Positions 44,849-54,469 of a stretch of DNA of 64,000 nt are shown piece by piece. The position numbers and the translations under genes are program-made. Under the pieces are notes generated by a model. It was not told where the DNA came from, did not search any database, and saw only the letters and a list, made by a program, of their open reading frames with translations. The DNA is from Deltaproteobacteria bacterium (lineage in GTDB: Bacteria; Desulfobacterota; Deferrisomatia; Deferrisomatales; BM512), in NCBI GenBank assembly GCA_002869015.1, contig PKTT01000002.1, forward strand, positions 32,299 through 96,298, given 5' to 3'. Position 1 is the first letter of the stretch. Each line of letters opens with the position of its first letter.

Positions 44849-46219
44849 TTAACCCCTTATCTTCGCAACTTCTTTTAAGAAACGCGCTGAGAACTCCATG
44901 CCGTGCCTGAAATCCTCAAGATGAAAATGCTCATCAGGGCCGTGAATTCTGTCAGAAATCCTACCGAAGGCCATCAGCAATACCGGCTTTTCAAGGGTTG
45001 CCGCAAGAGTGTGGACAACAGGTATCGAGGCTCCCTCCCTTATAAGGTAGGGCTCCACGCCATATGCGCCCCTCACCGCCTCGGCGGCTGCATCCATCGC
45101 CCACCCTTTTGAGGGGAGGAGGACGGGGTAGGCGCTTGGCATCCGCGTAACTGAGAGCGTAACGCCCTCCGGCATAACTGCGCGGAGTTTAGCTTCGACT
45201 GCCTCGGCAATCTTGTCGGGGTCCTGATCCGGGACCAGTCTGCATGATATCTTCGCGGATGCCTTTGAGGGAATTATCGTTTTGGAGCCCTCCCCAGTAT
45301 AGCCTGACCAGATTCCATTGATATCCAAAGAGGGCCTGCCCCACAGGCGCTCCAGCGGTGTAAAGCCCTCTTCGCCGGCGAGGGTTGAAACGCCTATCCC
45401 CTTGGCTACGGCGGCCTCATCGTAGGGGAGCTTTGCCCATTCCTCACGCTCCCACCTGTCAAGGGGGCGCACATCATCATAAAAACGGGGCACCGCAATT
45501 GAGCCGCGATCGTCGAATAAATCACCCAGCATTGAGGAGAGCGCCTGGGCAGGGTTCATGACTATCCCCCCCATTACGCCTGAATGAAGGTCCCTGTCGG
45601 GTCCGGTAACGGTAACCTCCATATACATGAGCCCACGGAGGCTGTAGATAAGCGCTGGGTGCCCCTCACCATACATAGGGCCATCGGAGACCACTATGCA
45701 ATCACAGGCGAGAAGCTCGCCGCTCTCACGGACGAATTTATCGAAGTGTCCGCTAGCTGCCTCCTCCTCACCCTCTATTAGGAAAGTCACGTTGACCGGA
45801 AGAGTGCCGGTAGCCCTCAGGTGGGCGCGAACCCCAGCGACATGGCAATAAAGCTGCCCCTTATCATCACTTGACCCTCGCCCATATATCTTTTCATCCT
45901 TAACGTATGGGGCAAAGGGGTCGGCAGACCACCCATCGGCGCGCTCTGCGGGCTGGACATCGTAGTGCCCGTATATGAGAACCGTGGGGAGATCCTCTGA
46001 GACTCTGTATTTTGCCACCACGGCAGGATGCCCACCCGTCTCGTATATCCGGGCGTCAAAGCCATCACCTTCTAGGGTATCCGCTATCCATTTAGCGCAC
46101 CGCGCAGTTTCGCCGTTGAAGGCGGGGTCTGCGCTTACCGAGGGTATGCGCAGAAAGTCCAAGAGCTCGGCAAGAGCTTTTTCTTCGCCGCCTTTAACCT
46201 CTTCAACCACTTTGTCCAT
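44849..46219 (-). CDS. M20 family metallopeptidase (dipeptidase-like)
   Basis: YGHYDVQP, GRGSSDDKG and LIEGEEE metal-binding motifs. 456 aa. Confidence 0.85.
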   Translation of the reverse strand: MDKVVEEVKGGEEKALAELLDFLRIPSVSADPAFNGETARCAKWIADTLEGDGFDARIYETGGHPAVVAKYRVSEDLPTVLIYGHYDVQPAERADGWSADPFAPYVKDEKIYGRGSSDDKGQLYCHVAGVRAHLRATGTLPVNVTFLIEGEEEAASGHFDKFVRESGELLACDCIVVSDGPMYGEGHPALIYSLRGLMYMEVTVTGPDRDLHSGVMGGIVMNPAQALSSMLGDLFDDRGSIAVPRFYDDVRPLDRWEREEWAKLPYDEAAVAKGIGVSTLAGEEGFTPLERLWGRPSLDINGIWSGYTGEGSKTIIPSKASAKISCRLVPDQDPDKIAEAVEAKLRAVMPEGVTLSVTRMPSAYPVLLPSKGWAMDAAAEAVRGAYGVEPYLIREGASIPVVHTLAATLEKPVLLMAFGRISDRIHGPDEHFHLEDFRHGMEFSARFLKEVAKIRG

Positions 46220-46228
46220 GACTTATTC

Positions 46229-46693
46229 CTACGCTGCAATGTCTGCGACGGTAGCGTTTAAAACCATCTTCACATCACTTGGGGAGATCAGAAACATCAA
46301 CCCCCTCCTACCGCCATTAATTCCTATAGTCTCAAAGTCCATTATAGTCTCGTGGAGATATACCTCCATCCTCTTTTTGGTGCCGAAGGGGCTTATGCCA
46401 CCAACCAGATAGCCGCTCTGCTTCTGTGCCTCCTCCGGTGTGGACATCCTGGCCGATTTGGCCCCCGTGATACGGGCCAGCTTTTTTAGGGACAACTCCC
46501 TATCCCCCGGCATAACGCAGACAACAAAGCTCTTATCTGGAAGAGCTACTATGAGGGTTTTGAAGGTCGCTTCAAGGGGTCTACCCAGCGCCTCAGCGGC
46601 GTACTCGGCTCCTTTGACGCGGCAGTCATACTCCAGAGCCTTGAATGGCACTTTATGTTTTTTAAGTTGGCGCTCTCCCTGCGTGACGCTCAT
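46229..46693 (-). CDS. ybaK: Cys-tRNA(Pro)/Cys-tRNA(Cys) deacylase YbaK
   Basis: 154 aa. FKTLIV...SGYLVGGISPFG motif of YbaK/EbsC. Confidence 0.8.
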   Translation of the reverse strand: MSVTQGERQLKKHKVPFKALEYDCRVKGAEYAAEALGRPLEATFKTLIVALPDKSFVVCVMPGDRELSLKKLARITGAKSARMSTPEEAQKQSGYLVGGISPFGTKKRMEVYLHETIMDFETIGINGGRRGLMFLISPSDVKMVLNATVADIAA

Positions 46694-46702
46694 CGGCCTT
46701 TC

Positions 46703-48070
46703 CTAATTCCTCAACCCCTGTAGCGGCGCCGGTATACGCCCGCCGCGCCCAATAAAGCCCTTTGCGCTCACCCTGTTCACAGGCATCACCGGAGCTTCAC
46801 CCAAAAGACCGCCGAAGCTGACCCTGTCACCCTCCTTCTTTCCTGGCGCGGGTATTATCCTAACCGCCGTGGTCTTGTTGTTGGCAACGCCGATAGCCAT
46901 CTCGTCAGCTATTATCGCTGCTATTGTCTCCTCCGGCACATCGCCTGGAACCGCGACCATATCAAGCCCCACAGAGCAGACAGCAGTCATCGCCTCCAAC
47001 TTCTCAATAGTTATCGCGCCCTCCTCAGCTGCCCGGATCATGGCAGCGTCCTCGGAGACCGGTATAAAAGCGCCGGAGAGGCCGCCCACTGAGGAGGAAG
47101 CGAAGGCGCCGCCCTTTTTCACAGCATCATTTAACATCATCAGCGCTGCGGTTGAGCCTGGCGCGCCAGCCCTGGCTAGGCCAAGCTCCTCAAGTATCTG
47201 CGCCACCGAATCGCCCTCCGCAGGGGTCGGGGCGAGGGATAAGTCCAGGATGCCGAACTCCACCCCAAGGCGCTTTGCCATCTCCTTACCCACAAGCTCA
47301 CCCGCGCGGGTTATCTTAAATGCGGTCTTCTTAATAGTCTCCGCGACCTCGCCCATGCAACCGCCCGGACCCAACTTCTCAAGCGCCCTGAGCACTGTCC
47401 CTGGGCCGGATACGCCAACCAGGACCGCCCGCTCAGGCTCGCCGGGGCCGTAGAAGGCCCCCGCCATGAAGGGGTTATCCTCAACCGCGTTGGCGAAGAC
47501 GACCAGCTTGGCGCAACCTATACCGTCGGCGTCGGCGGTTCGCCTGGCTGTCTCAAGGATTATGCGGCCCATCTTGCTGCACCCGTCTATATTGATCCCT
47601 GTACGCGTTGAGGCGAGGGAGACGGAGGAGCATAGACGCTCGGTGGTCGAAAGGACCTCCGGGATAGAAGAGATGAGCGCCTCATCGACTTTGGTCTGCC
47701 CTTTGTGAATGAGAGAGGAAAACCCACCCACAAAGTTAACCCCGACCTCACCGGCAGCCTCGTCTACAACCTTGGCGACCTCGACAAACGCCTCCTGCTC
47801 AGTTGAAGGGAGCACAAGCGATAGGGGTGTGATTGAGAGACGTGTATTTACTATCGGCAGCCCGTAAATACCCTCAATCTCCTTCGCCACCGGCCCTAGC
47901 CTCTTGGCGGAAAGAAGTAGCTTCTCTCTTATTTTGGCTGCGCATCTAATGGGGTCAGGGTCTGAACAATCCCAGAGGGATACGCCCAGGGTTACCGTTC
48001 GTATATCCAGCTTCTGGCTGGCAATCATCCCGACGGTTTCAATGATCTCATCGCTTGTAAAGTTTGCCAT
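46703..48070 (-). CDS. UPF0210 / DUF711 (PFL-like) family protein
   Basis: [32 protein letters not shown] start at 48070. About 455 aa and paired with an ACT protein, as is typical of this family. Confidence 0.75.
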   Translation of the reverse strand: MANFTSDEIIETVGMIASQKLDIRTVTLGVSLWDCSDPDPIRCAAKIREKLLLSAKRLGPVAKEIEGIYGLPIVNTRLSITPLSLVLPSTEQEAFVEVAKVVDEAAGEVGVNFVGGFSSLIHKGQTKVDEALISSIPEVLSTTERLCSSVSLASTRTGINIDGCSKMGRIILETARRTADADGIGCAKLVVFANAVEDNPFMAGAFYGPGEPERAVLVGVSGPGTVLRALEKLGPGGCMGEVAETIKKTAFKITRAGELVGKEMAKRLGVEFGILDLSLAPTPAEGDSVAQILEELGLARAGAPGSTAALMMLNDAVKKGGAFASSSVGGLSGAFIPVSEDAAMIRAAEEGAITIEKLEAMTAVCSVGLDMVAVPGDVPEETIAAIIADEMAIGVANNKTTAVRIIPAPGKKEGDRVSFGGLLGEAPVMPVNRVSAKGFIGRGGRIPAPLQGLRN

Positions 48071-48074
48071 CGGC

Positions 48075-48365
48075 TCAGACCCTGTGCATGTACTGGAAGA
48101 GTTCCGCGTCGTGCAGTGCGACCTTGAGGCCCATGCCATCGAGTGCGGAATCGAGCCTCTGGGTCAGCGTGGGCAGGTCAAGCGTGGAGGCGCCGATATC
48201 AGCCATTAGAGTCATTGCGAAGATGTCGCCGCTGAAGACCTTTTGGCTTATATCCTCTATATTGACTTGATTTTCAGCTAAAGCTGTCGCTACCTTGGCG
48301 ACAATTCCCACCTGGTCACGGCCTATAACGGCGATTACTATCTTTTTCGATTTGTCAGTTTCCAT
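48075..48365 (-). CDS. ACT domain protein (UPF0237 family)
   Basis: [33 protein letters not shown], an ACT fold. 96 aa. Its stop is 4 nt before the DUF711 start. Confidence 0.75.
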   Translation of the reverse strand: METDKSKKIVIAVIGRDQVGIVAKVATALAENQVNIEDISQKVFSGDIFAMTLMADIGASTLDLPTLTQRLDSALDGMGLKVALHDAELFQYMHRV

Positions 48366-48376
48366 TTTGTTTCCTA

Positions 48377-49111
48377 TCAGCCCACCGGGTAGCCGCGCGG
48401 GGTAACCATATGGGCACCTAAAAAACGGGTAGCGCTGTTGCCCACGATGACTATGCTCATCATATCGACCTCCTCGGCGGCGGCCTTTCCAAGGGTCGTC
48501 AAAGTTATTGACTGCCCCTCTCGAAGGGCGTTACGCACTATGCCGACGGGGGTCTTCTCATCTCTATACTTCAAAAGGATATCGCAAGCACGGTTTAGGT
48601 GCTTGACCCTCTTCTTTGAGCGGGGGTTATAAATTGCGACTACAAAGTCTCCCGCGCCCGCACCTTCAAGCCGGCGTTCTATTACCTCCCAAGGTGTCAG
48701 GAGATCGGAGAGGGAGACAACGGCATAGTCTGTCATTAATGGCGCGCCTAAAAGTGACGCAGCCCCATTTGCGGCTGATACGCCCGGCACTACCTCAACT
48801 TCAACGCTGCCCTCCGGGTCCATCTCCCCGAGCAGCTCAAGTATAAGACCTGCCATCCCATAAACGCCTGGGTCCCCTGTGGAGACTACCGCGACATTTT
48901 TTCCTGCAAAGGCGTGCTCGACAGCAGCTCTGCAACGATCAATCTCCCGGGTCATCCCCGTCGAAACGACCTCTTTGCCCTCGACCAGATCGCCCAACAG
49001 CTCAATATAAAAGGTATAGCCTACCACCGTATCGGCTTCACTAATTGCAGTGATCGCACGCCCGGTCATCTGTTCTCGCCCGCCGGGCCCGATGCCAATG
49101 ACAAATATCAT
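48377..49111 (-). CDS. cbiH: Cobalt-factor III / precorrin-3B C17-methyltransferase
   Basis: MIFVIGIGPGGREQMT...ADTVVGYTFY and the tetrapyrrole methylase fold. Confidence 0.85.
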   Translation of the reverse strand: MIFVIGIGPGGREQMTGRAITAISEADTVVGYTFYIELLGDLVEGKEVVSTGMTREIDRCRAAVEHAFAGKNVAVVSTGDPGVYGMAGLILELLGEMDPEGSVEVEVVPGVSAANGAASLLGAPLMTDYAVVSLSDLLTPWEVIERRLEGAGAGDFVVAIYNPRSKKRVKHLNRACDILLKYRDEKTPVGIVRNALREGQSITLTTLGKAAAEEVDMMSIVIVGNSATRFLGAHMVTPRGYPVG

Positions 49112-49114
49112 CCC

Positions 49115-50179
49115 TTAACTCTCCGAAATATCAATTAGAGCGGCGGCCGCTGTCCAGACACCTCCGCTTCGCTTTTCCATAATCAATTCCCCCCCCGAAG
49201 CTGCCGCGAGCGCCGCAGCCTCGCATACGGAGGGAGTACCCACCGCCTCCTTAACCCTCTCTGAGGGGTTGGGGGTTTTGTATCTGGCGAGCTCATCCGC
49301 CGTAAAGGTCGCATACTCGACATCCAGCTTCTCAGCTAATTTTATTATCGCCGCTTCATTACGCTTAGCGTCAACGCTAGCCACCATACCAACAGCAAGG
49401 GACGAAAGGCCTCCCTCTTTAAGGGCTAAGAGAACCCCCTCCTCAACCTTTTTTGGGTCCGCGTCCTTACGGCAGCCGACACCTAGCGCCAGCATCGGAG
49501 GCCTTATGATGAGGTCAGGTCCTCCTTTAATCTCCCTGTGGGAGAGGGCGACGACCACGTCGCCTGAAGAGAGCGCCTTATCCAAATCCGAGGTAACAAA
49601 GCAAAGGTGCGAATTAATGTCTCTGAAGAGGTCTTTTGGCAAAGCCGGGTCTATGTAGCCTGCCACACGCTCATCATTGGCCCAAGCGGAGTTGACCTTC
49701 ACAACCCCGGACCTATCCTCCAGCTTGAAGCCGCGAGAGAGCGCCCAGCTCTCGATCGCCGGTTTATTAAGCGCGTCAGTTGCCGTGGTTATGACGGGAA
49801 TAGCGCCCATGGCTTCATGAAGCTCGCGGGCAAGGTCGTTTGCGCCACCAACATGTCCGGAGAGAATCGGCACCGCGTAGAACCCTTCAGGGTCCATGAC
49901 AACCACCGCCGGGTCAGAGTATTTATCTTTGATTAGAGGGGCAATTGAACGAACGGCAATTCCAGCCGCCATCACCAATATTAACCCCCCCGCGAGGGGC
50001 CAAAGTTTTCGTATAAGGTCGGCTACCGGACCATCGAATGGCTCTACATCAAGCCCGGCGGCAAATTTCTTTGGCGCTAGCGCAACGGCACCCAGACTTT
50101 TTGAGGTAACCTCAGCCGACCTGGCGCCGTTTCGGGTGAGGGCGATAACATAAATCCCTCTTGGCCCCTGAGCAGCCAT
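49115..50179 (-). CDS. cbiG: Cobalt-precorrin-5A hydrolase
   Basis: CbiG N, middle and C regions (GIYVIALTRNGA...; VPILSGHVGGAN; LALGVGCRK). ATG at 50179 lies 5 nt after the cbiF stop; the longer ORF overlaps cbiF. Confidence 0.8.
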   Translation of the reverse strand: MAAQGPRGIYVIALTRNGARSAEVTSKSLGAVALAPKKFAAGLDVEPFDGPVADLIRKLWPLAGGLILVMAAGIAVRSIAPLIKDKYSDPAVVVMDPEGFYAVPILSGHVGGANDLARELHEAMGAIPVITTATDALNKPAIESWALSRGFKLEDRSGVVKVNSAWANDERVAGYIDPALPKDLFRDINSHLCFVTSDLDKALSSGDVVVALSHREIKGGPDLIIRPPMLALGVGCRKDADPKKVEEGVLLALKEGGLSSLAVGMVASVDAKRNEAAIIKLAEKLDVEYATFTADELARYKTPNPSERVKEAVGTPSVCEAAALAAASGGELIMEKRSGGVWTAAAALIDISES

Positions 50180-50183
50180 CCGG

Positions 50184-50963
50184 CTATCCGCTCCCCTTGC
50201 GATACCCATGGGTAAATGTTGCGGCATAGAGTTTGGAGGGCTCGAAGTCACTGCCGAGAATTCTGGGCCCAAGGGGGTCGCCGACAATGATCATTGACTG
50301 CTTTACGAAACCTGCCTCCTTCACCTTTGCGGCGATATCCTCAAGGGTCCCGGAAACCGAGGACTCGTCAGGCCACCCGGCACGGGATACCACCGCAGCA
50401 GGGGTCTTTGGTGAACGTCCACCCTCAAGGCAGCGCTCAACGACTTCTCCTATTCGGTCCACCGAAAGAAATACGCAGAGAGTCGCGCCTGAGGCGGCAA
50501 GTTTCTCCAGCGACTCACCCTCAGGAACAGGTGTCCTACCGGAGAGCCGGGTGAAGATAACTGTCTGGCTCACCCCCGGCAGCGTCAGCTGAGTTTTAAG
50601 AGCTGCCGCCGATGCAAAAGCGCTTGAAACCCCAGGAATGACCCTATAGGGTATTTGCGCTTCATCGAGTGGGACCATCTGCTCCTGTATAGCTCCGTAT
50701 AGGGAGGGGTCTCCTGTGTGGAGTCTTACCACCCGCTCTCCTCGGGATGCGTGCTCGATGCAGACCTTAGTCGTCTCCTCAAGGTTCATAGAAGCAGTAT
50801 TGTGTATTGGGATACCAGCCGGGGCATACTCAAGCAGCGCCGGGTTGACAAGGCTTCCCGCATAGAGGACAACATCTGCGGACTCGATGGCACGGAGCCC
50901 GGCTACTGTTATCAGGTCAGGCGCGCCTGGTCCCGCACCTACGAAAATGACTTCTCCCTTCAA
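50184..50963 (-). CDS. cbiF: Cobalt-precorrin-4 C11-methyltransferase
   Basis: VIFVGAGPGAPDLITVAGLRAIESADVVLYAGSLV and VVRLHTGDPSLYG motifs. Confidence 0.88.
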   Translation of the reverse strand: MKGEVIFVGAGPGAPDLITVAGLRAIESADVVLYAGSLVNPALLEYAPAGIPIHNTASMNLEETTKVCIEHASRGERVVRLHTGDPSLYGAIQEQMVPLDEAQIPYRVIPGVSSAFASAAALKTQLTLPGVSQTVIFTRLSGRTPVPEGESLEKLAASGATLCVFLSVDRIGEVVERCLEGGRSPKTPAAVVSRAGWPDESSVSGTLEDIAAKVKEAGFVKQSMIIVGDPLGPRILGSDFEPSKLYAATFTHGYRKGSG

Positions 50964-50965
50964 CT

Positions 50966-52183
50966 CTATTTACCTTTCGGTCGCGTGATGCGAAAGAGGG
51001 TTACCGGGTTTTCGGCGGATCGCATTGATCCTTCGCCAACCTTTTTGGAGCGGCTGAAGGAGAGGTCGACCCACTCAACCTCCATCTCGTTTTCCCGACA
51101 CCATTTAAGCGCTGCGGAGAAGGTCTCGGCTAAAACCGTGGAGACGACCACCACCCCGCCTTCCCGTAGCCGGGCGAAGGCTTTGTCTAGCACCTCTGCG
51201 AGGAACCCGCCCGACCCTCCGATGAAGACTCTGTCCGGGGCGGGCAGTCCATCCAGCGCCGAGGGAGCCAGGCCATCGGCTATATATAGCCCTGCGGTGC
51301 GGAATCTATTTCTATTCTCACGGATGTGCTCGACCGCTTCATGGTCGCGCTCAACCGCCCAGACCTGTATGGCCGGGTTTAAAAGCGCTGCCTCTATACC
51401 AACCGACCCAGAGCCTGCCCCTACATCCCAAAGCACCGCTTTACCCCTAGGAAGTGTAAGAAGACCCATAGCAACCGCTCTGACCGAGGCTTTTGTTATT
51501 CTTCCCCGTGGGTATGTGAAAAGCTCTTCGGGTATTCCCGGGCCAAGGGGGCGCGGGTCATTTTTTGTGTGGACGAGGATGACTACGTTCAAATCCGAAC
51601 CATCCCATTTGACGAAGTCATGGGTGAGCCCTCGCTCAATCCGCTCCTCGGGCTGTCCTAGGTCAGAGCAGACGACCATCTCAAGGTCCTCCCACCCTGT
51701 CTCAATAAGAAAACGGGCGATGCGCGAAGGAGAGTTTATTGAGTCGGTGAAGAGCCCTATCTTAGGTGCGCCGAGCACCTCGACCAGCTCCTGAAGGTCT
51801 CTACCATGGAGGCTGGCAATCCTCGCATCGGACCAGCTCAGACCCGCTCTCGCAAAGGCAACCTGCATCGACGATACGGCTGGGCGGATTATAACCTCGC
51901 CCCTGTCGAATTTTGTAAGAAGCAGGGCGGCTATTCCAAAGAAGGTTGGGTCACCGGAGGCCAGAAAGACAACCTTCAGCTTGTCGTTGCTGCTTAAGCG
52001 TTCCGCAATTTCCGAAATTTTCCCCTCGACCAGCTCCACCTTCGAGGCAAAACTATCAACAAGGAAACGGTGCCTGTCGGCTGTAACTACCATATCGGCG
52101 CGCTCGACAATCTTTCTGCTCTCGGCATCAAGCTTGTCCAAGCCTGGTTGTACACCGATAACCCAGATTCTGTAGTTACTCAT
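50966..52183 (-). CDS. cbiET: Bifunctional cobalt-precorrin-7 (C5)-methyltransferase / cobalt-precorrin-6B (C15)-methyltransferase (decarboxylating)
   Basis: N-terminal tetrapyrrole methylase half (IWVIGVQPG...) fused to a class I SAM methyltransferase half (VLWDVGAGSGSVGIEAA). Confidence 0.85.
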   Translation of the reverse strand: MSNYRIWVIGVQPGLDKLDAESRKIVERADMVVTADRHRFLVDSFASKVELVEGKISEIAERLSSNDKLKVVFLASGDPTFFGIAALLLTKFDRGEVIIRPAVSSMQVAFARAGLSWSDARIASLHGRDLQELVEVLGAPKIGLFTDSINSPSRIARFLIETGWEDLEMVVCSDLGQPEERIERGLTHDFVKWDGSDLNVVILVHTKNDPRPLGPGIPEELFTYPRGRITKASVRAVAMGLLTLPRGKAVLWDVGAGSGSVGIEAALLNPAIQVWAVERDHEAVEHIRENRNRFRTAGLYIADGLAPSALDGLPAPDRVFIGGSGGFLAEVLDKAFARLREGGVVVVSTVLAETFSAALKWCRENEMEVEWVDLSFSRSKKVGEGSMRSAENPVTLFRITRPKGK

Positions 52184-53313
52184 ACCGAAGCACCTCTTTC
52201 AAAAGAGCAGCGGGCAAGCTCCTCACCCTTATACCCAAAGAGCACAGTTTCGATAGCTATAGCCCCTTCGACACGCTCCTGAGCGCGCCTCGCAACCCTA
52301 CAAGTCAATAGCTCAAAGAGTCCTCTATCGCCTGTTTCTCGAAGGTTTTCATATATCTGCCGCGCAGTATTCGCTTTAAGGGCCTCTTTTGCCTCGGCAG
52401 GGGGGAAGCCCGCCTCCTCCATCAACTCCTTCAGAACCGTCAGGTCGAGTGAGGAGTCCTTCACATGGGTTCTGTAGTGACCCCCTGCGACTTTGCAAAA
52501 CTTTGCGAACTGCCCCACTATTACCGCGTCGAGGTCACGCTTGACAGTCTGATCCAACGAATAGCCAACGTGGTCACCCATCAGCACAGCTGCATTCTCG
52601 GCAAGCTCCGGGTAGAGCTTATGCCCGGCCAGTTCGCTGGTCCGCCCGAAGGCAAGGAGCATACGCTTTGCGCCGGCGGCCTTTGCGACATCTAAACAGG
52701 AGTCTATTGTAGCCTCCCATGCCGCCGCGGACATGGGTATTACGATGCCAGTTGTCCCAAGGATGGAGAGACCGCCGACAATGCCAAGCCTGTGATTCAA
52801 GGTTTTTTTAGCCCTCTCAGCACCCTCCGGAGCGCTGATAACAACCCTCACACCACTTATTCCATCTACTTTTTGGAGGCTGACCGCCTCACGCACGGAC
52901 TCCTCAATCATCTCAAGTGGTACAGGGTTTATCGCGGGACTTCCGACCTCAGCCGCAAGGCCCTTTCGCGTCACCCTGCCAACCCCCTCGCCGCCCTCAA
53001 TCTCCACCGTAAAGCCGCCACTGGATGATGCTTTTACTCCTGAGATAAGGGATACCGCGGCGCGAATCTCCATGCCGTTGGTTACATCAGGATCATCGCC
53101 GCCATCCTTTATCACACCACAGGAGGATACCTCTGTATCTTTAGTAAGGCCAACCAACTTGAAGCTACGAAAGGTTGCTGTTTCACGCTTCCAGGGCAGC
53201 TTTAGCGAAACCTCATCAACAGGTGCGCCAAGGAGCGCCATGGTTGCGCCTTTGGCGGCAGCGGCGGCGCAGGCTCCAGTTGAGTATCCGTGACGGAGTC
53301 TCTTCTTAGCCAT
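52180..53313 (-). CDS. cbiD: Cobalt-precorrin-5B (C1)-methyltransferase
   Basis: LRHGYSTGACAAAAAKGA N-terminus characteristic of CbiD. 377 aa. Confidence 0.88.
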   Translation of the reverse strand: MAKKRLRHGYSTGACAAAAAKGATMALLGAPVDEVSLKLPWKRETATFRSFKLVGLTKDTEVSSCGVIKDGGDDPDVTNGMEIRAAVSLISGVKASSSGGFTVEIEGGEGVGRVTRKGLAAEVGSPAINPVPLEMIEESVREAVSLQKVDGISGVRVVISAPEGAERAKKTLNHRLGIVGGLSILGTTGIVIPMSAAAWEATIDSCLDVAKAAGAKRMLLAFGRTSELAGHKLYPELAENAAVLMGDHVGYSLDQTVKRDLDAVIVGQFAKFCKVAGGHYRTHVKDSSLDLTVLKELMEEAGFPPAEAKEALKANTARQIYENLRETGDRGLFELLTCRVARRAQERVEGAIAIETVLFGYKGEELARCSFERGASV

Positions 53314-53324
53314 CGCTTATGAGC

Positions 53325-53978
53325 CTATACCTCGCCCGCAGCGGCTTTCATCAGGGCATTTACGCACGCAGCAGCAACATTTGAGCCCCCCTTGTTGCCC
53401 TTGACGGATATCCACTCAAGGTCGCTGCGCTCCATGAGCGCATCCTTGGACTCAGCAGCCCCGACAAAGCCAACCACCGTGCCAACTATCACCGCCGGTT
53501 TGGCTTTACCCTCATCTACAAGCTCCAAAAGGCGAAAGAGGGCGGTCGGCGCGTTACCGAAGACATATATGGCCCCGGTATGCATACGCGCGGCTTTCTC
53601 GACGGCCGCTATGGAGCGGGTAACCCCGCGCTCTCTGGCATCTTCGACGACCCCTGAGTCGCTTATGTAGCAGAAGGTCTCCGAGCCGAACTTTGCCGCT
53701 CTGACCTTGGATACGCCAGAACGCGCCATCTCAACATCGGTAACAATCGGCGCGCCGCCACTTAAGGCGGAAACAGCAGCGTCAAAGGCCCCGCCGCTCC
53801 ACTTTACCAAGGGCAAAAACGAGGGATCTCCCGTGGCATGGATAACGCGGCCAACCAGCGCTTTCTCCCTGGGAGAAAGGTGCGAGAGGTCCACAAGTGT
53901 ATCTATTATCTCAAAGCTTCTCTTCTCTATCTCATCGGGGCGTATATCGTACCCCCATCTTCCTTTAAGCTCACTCAA
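53325..53978 (-). CDS. cbiC: Cobalt-precorrin-8 methylmutase
   Basis: IEKRSFEIID...VIHATGDP...IYVFGNAPTAL motifs of CbiC/CobH. Confidence 0.88.
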   Translation of the reverse strand: MSELKGRWGYDIRPDEIEKRSFEIIDTLVDLSHLSPREKALVGRVIHATGDPSFLPLVKWSGGAFDAAVSALSGGAPIVTDVEMARSGVSKVRAAKFGSETFCYISDSGVVEDARERGVTRSIAAVEKAARMHTGAIYVFGNAPTALFRLLELVDEGKAKPAVIVGTVVGFVGAAESKDALMERSDLEWISVKGNKGGSNVAAACVNALMKAAAGEV

Positions 53979-54352
53979 CTCAAGCTCTCCTTTATCCTCT
54001 CAAGCGCAATCTCTGCCAACTTTGGATGTGCGCCAATGTGCGAGCTCATTATAAGCTCGAAATCCGGATGTTTTTGTCGCGCCTTCTCAAGCTCCTCCGG
54101 TATATCCTCCAGTACGTGGGCCCCGGGGAAGAGGAAGAAGGGCATGATGGATACCTTGCGGGCACCACCTTCGTAAAGCTCCTCCAGCGCCGCGCCTAGG
54201 GAGGGCTCTGCCAACTGCAAGAACGCCGGCATTACCCTAACACCGCCCATGGCAGCAGAGAGCATCCCCGCCACCTCGCCAAGAGGTAAATTAGCCGCGC
54301 TAACGCGGCTGCCATGGCCCAATAGTAGGACCGCGTCCAGCTTGCCTTCCAT
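53975..54352 (-). CDS. cbiX: Sirohydrochlorin cobaltochelatase, short form (CbiX-S-like)
   Basis: About 125 aa from ATG 54352. VLLLGHGSR and FLFPGAHV motifs of a single CbiX half-domain. ATGA overlap with cbiC. Confidence 0.7.
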   Translation of the reverse strand: MEGKLDAVLLLGHGSRVSAANLPLGEVAGMLSAAMGGVRVMPAFLQLAEPSLGAALEELYEGGARKVSIMPFFLFPGAHVLEDIPEELEKARQKHPDFELIMSSHIGAHPKLAEIALERIKESLS

Positions 54353-54469
54353 AATAAACTCTCCTGGAGAAAATATCAGGTTTTTCCATTTGAAGTGACG
54401 AGCGGTGCGATGCTTGCACAAGGGGGCACTCATGTCAAGAAATGGGGGGTATGTATTTGCCCTCTTTTA

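Noticed and set aside
50718-51794. 358-aa ORF on the plus strand
   Set aside because: It is antisense to cbiF and cbiET, both of which have clear family motifs. Its composition is typical of a spurious antisense frame.
54353-54469. Possible cobalamin riboswitch upstream of the cbi operon
   Set aside because: The gap is only 117 nt, and I could not find a B12-box-like element or the extended conserved core. The gap is too short for the usual aptamer of about 200 nt.
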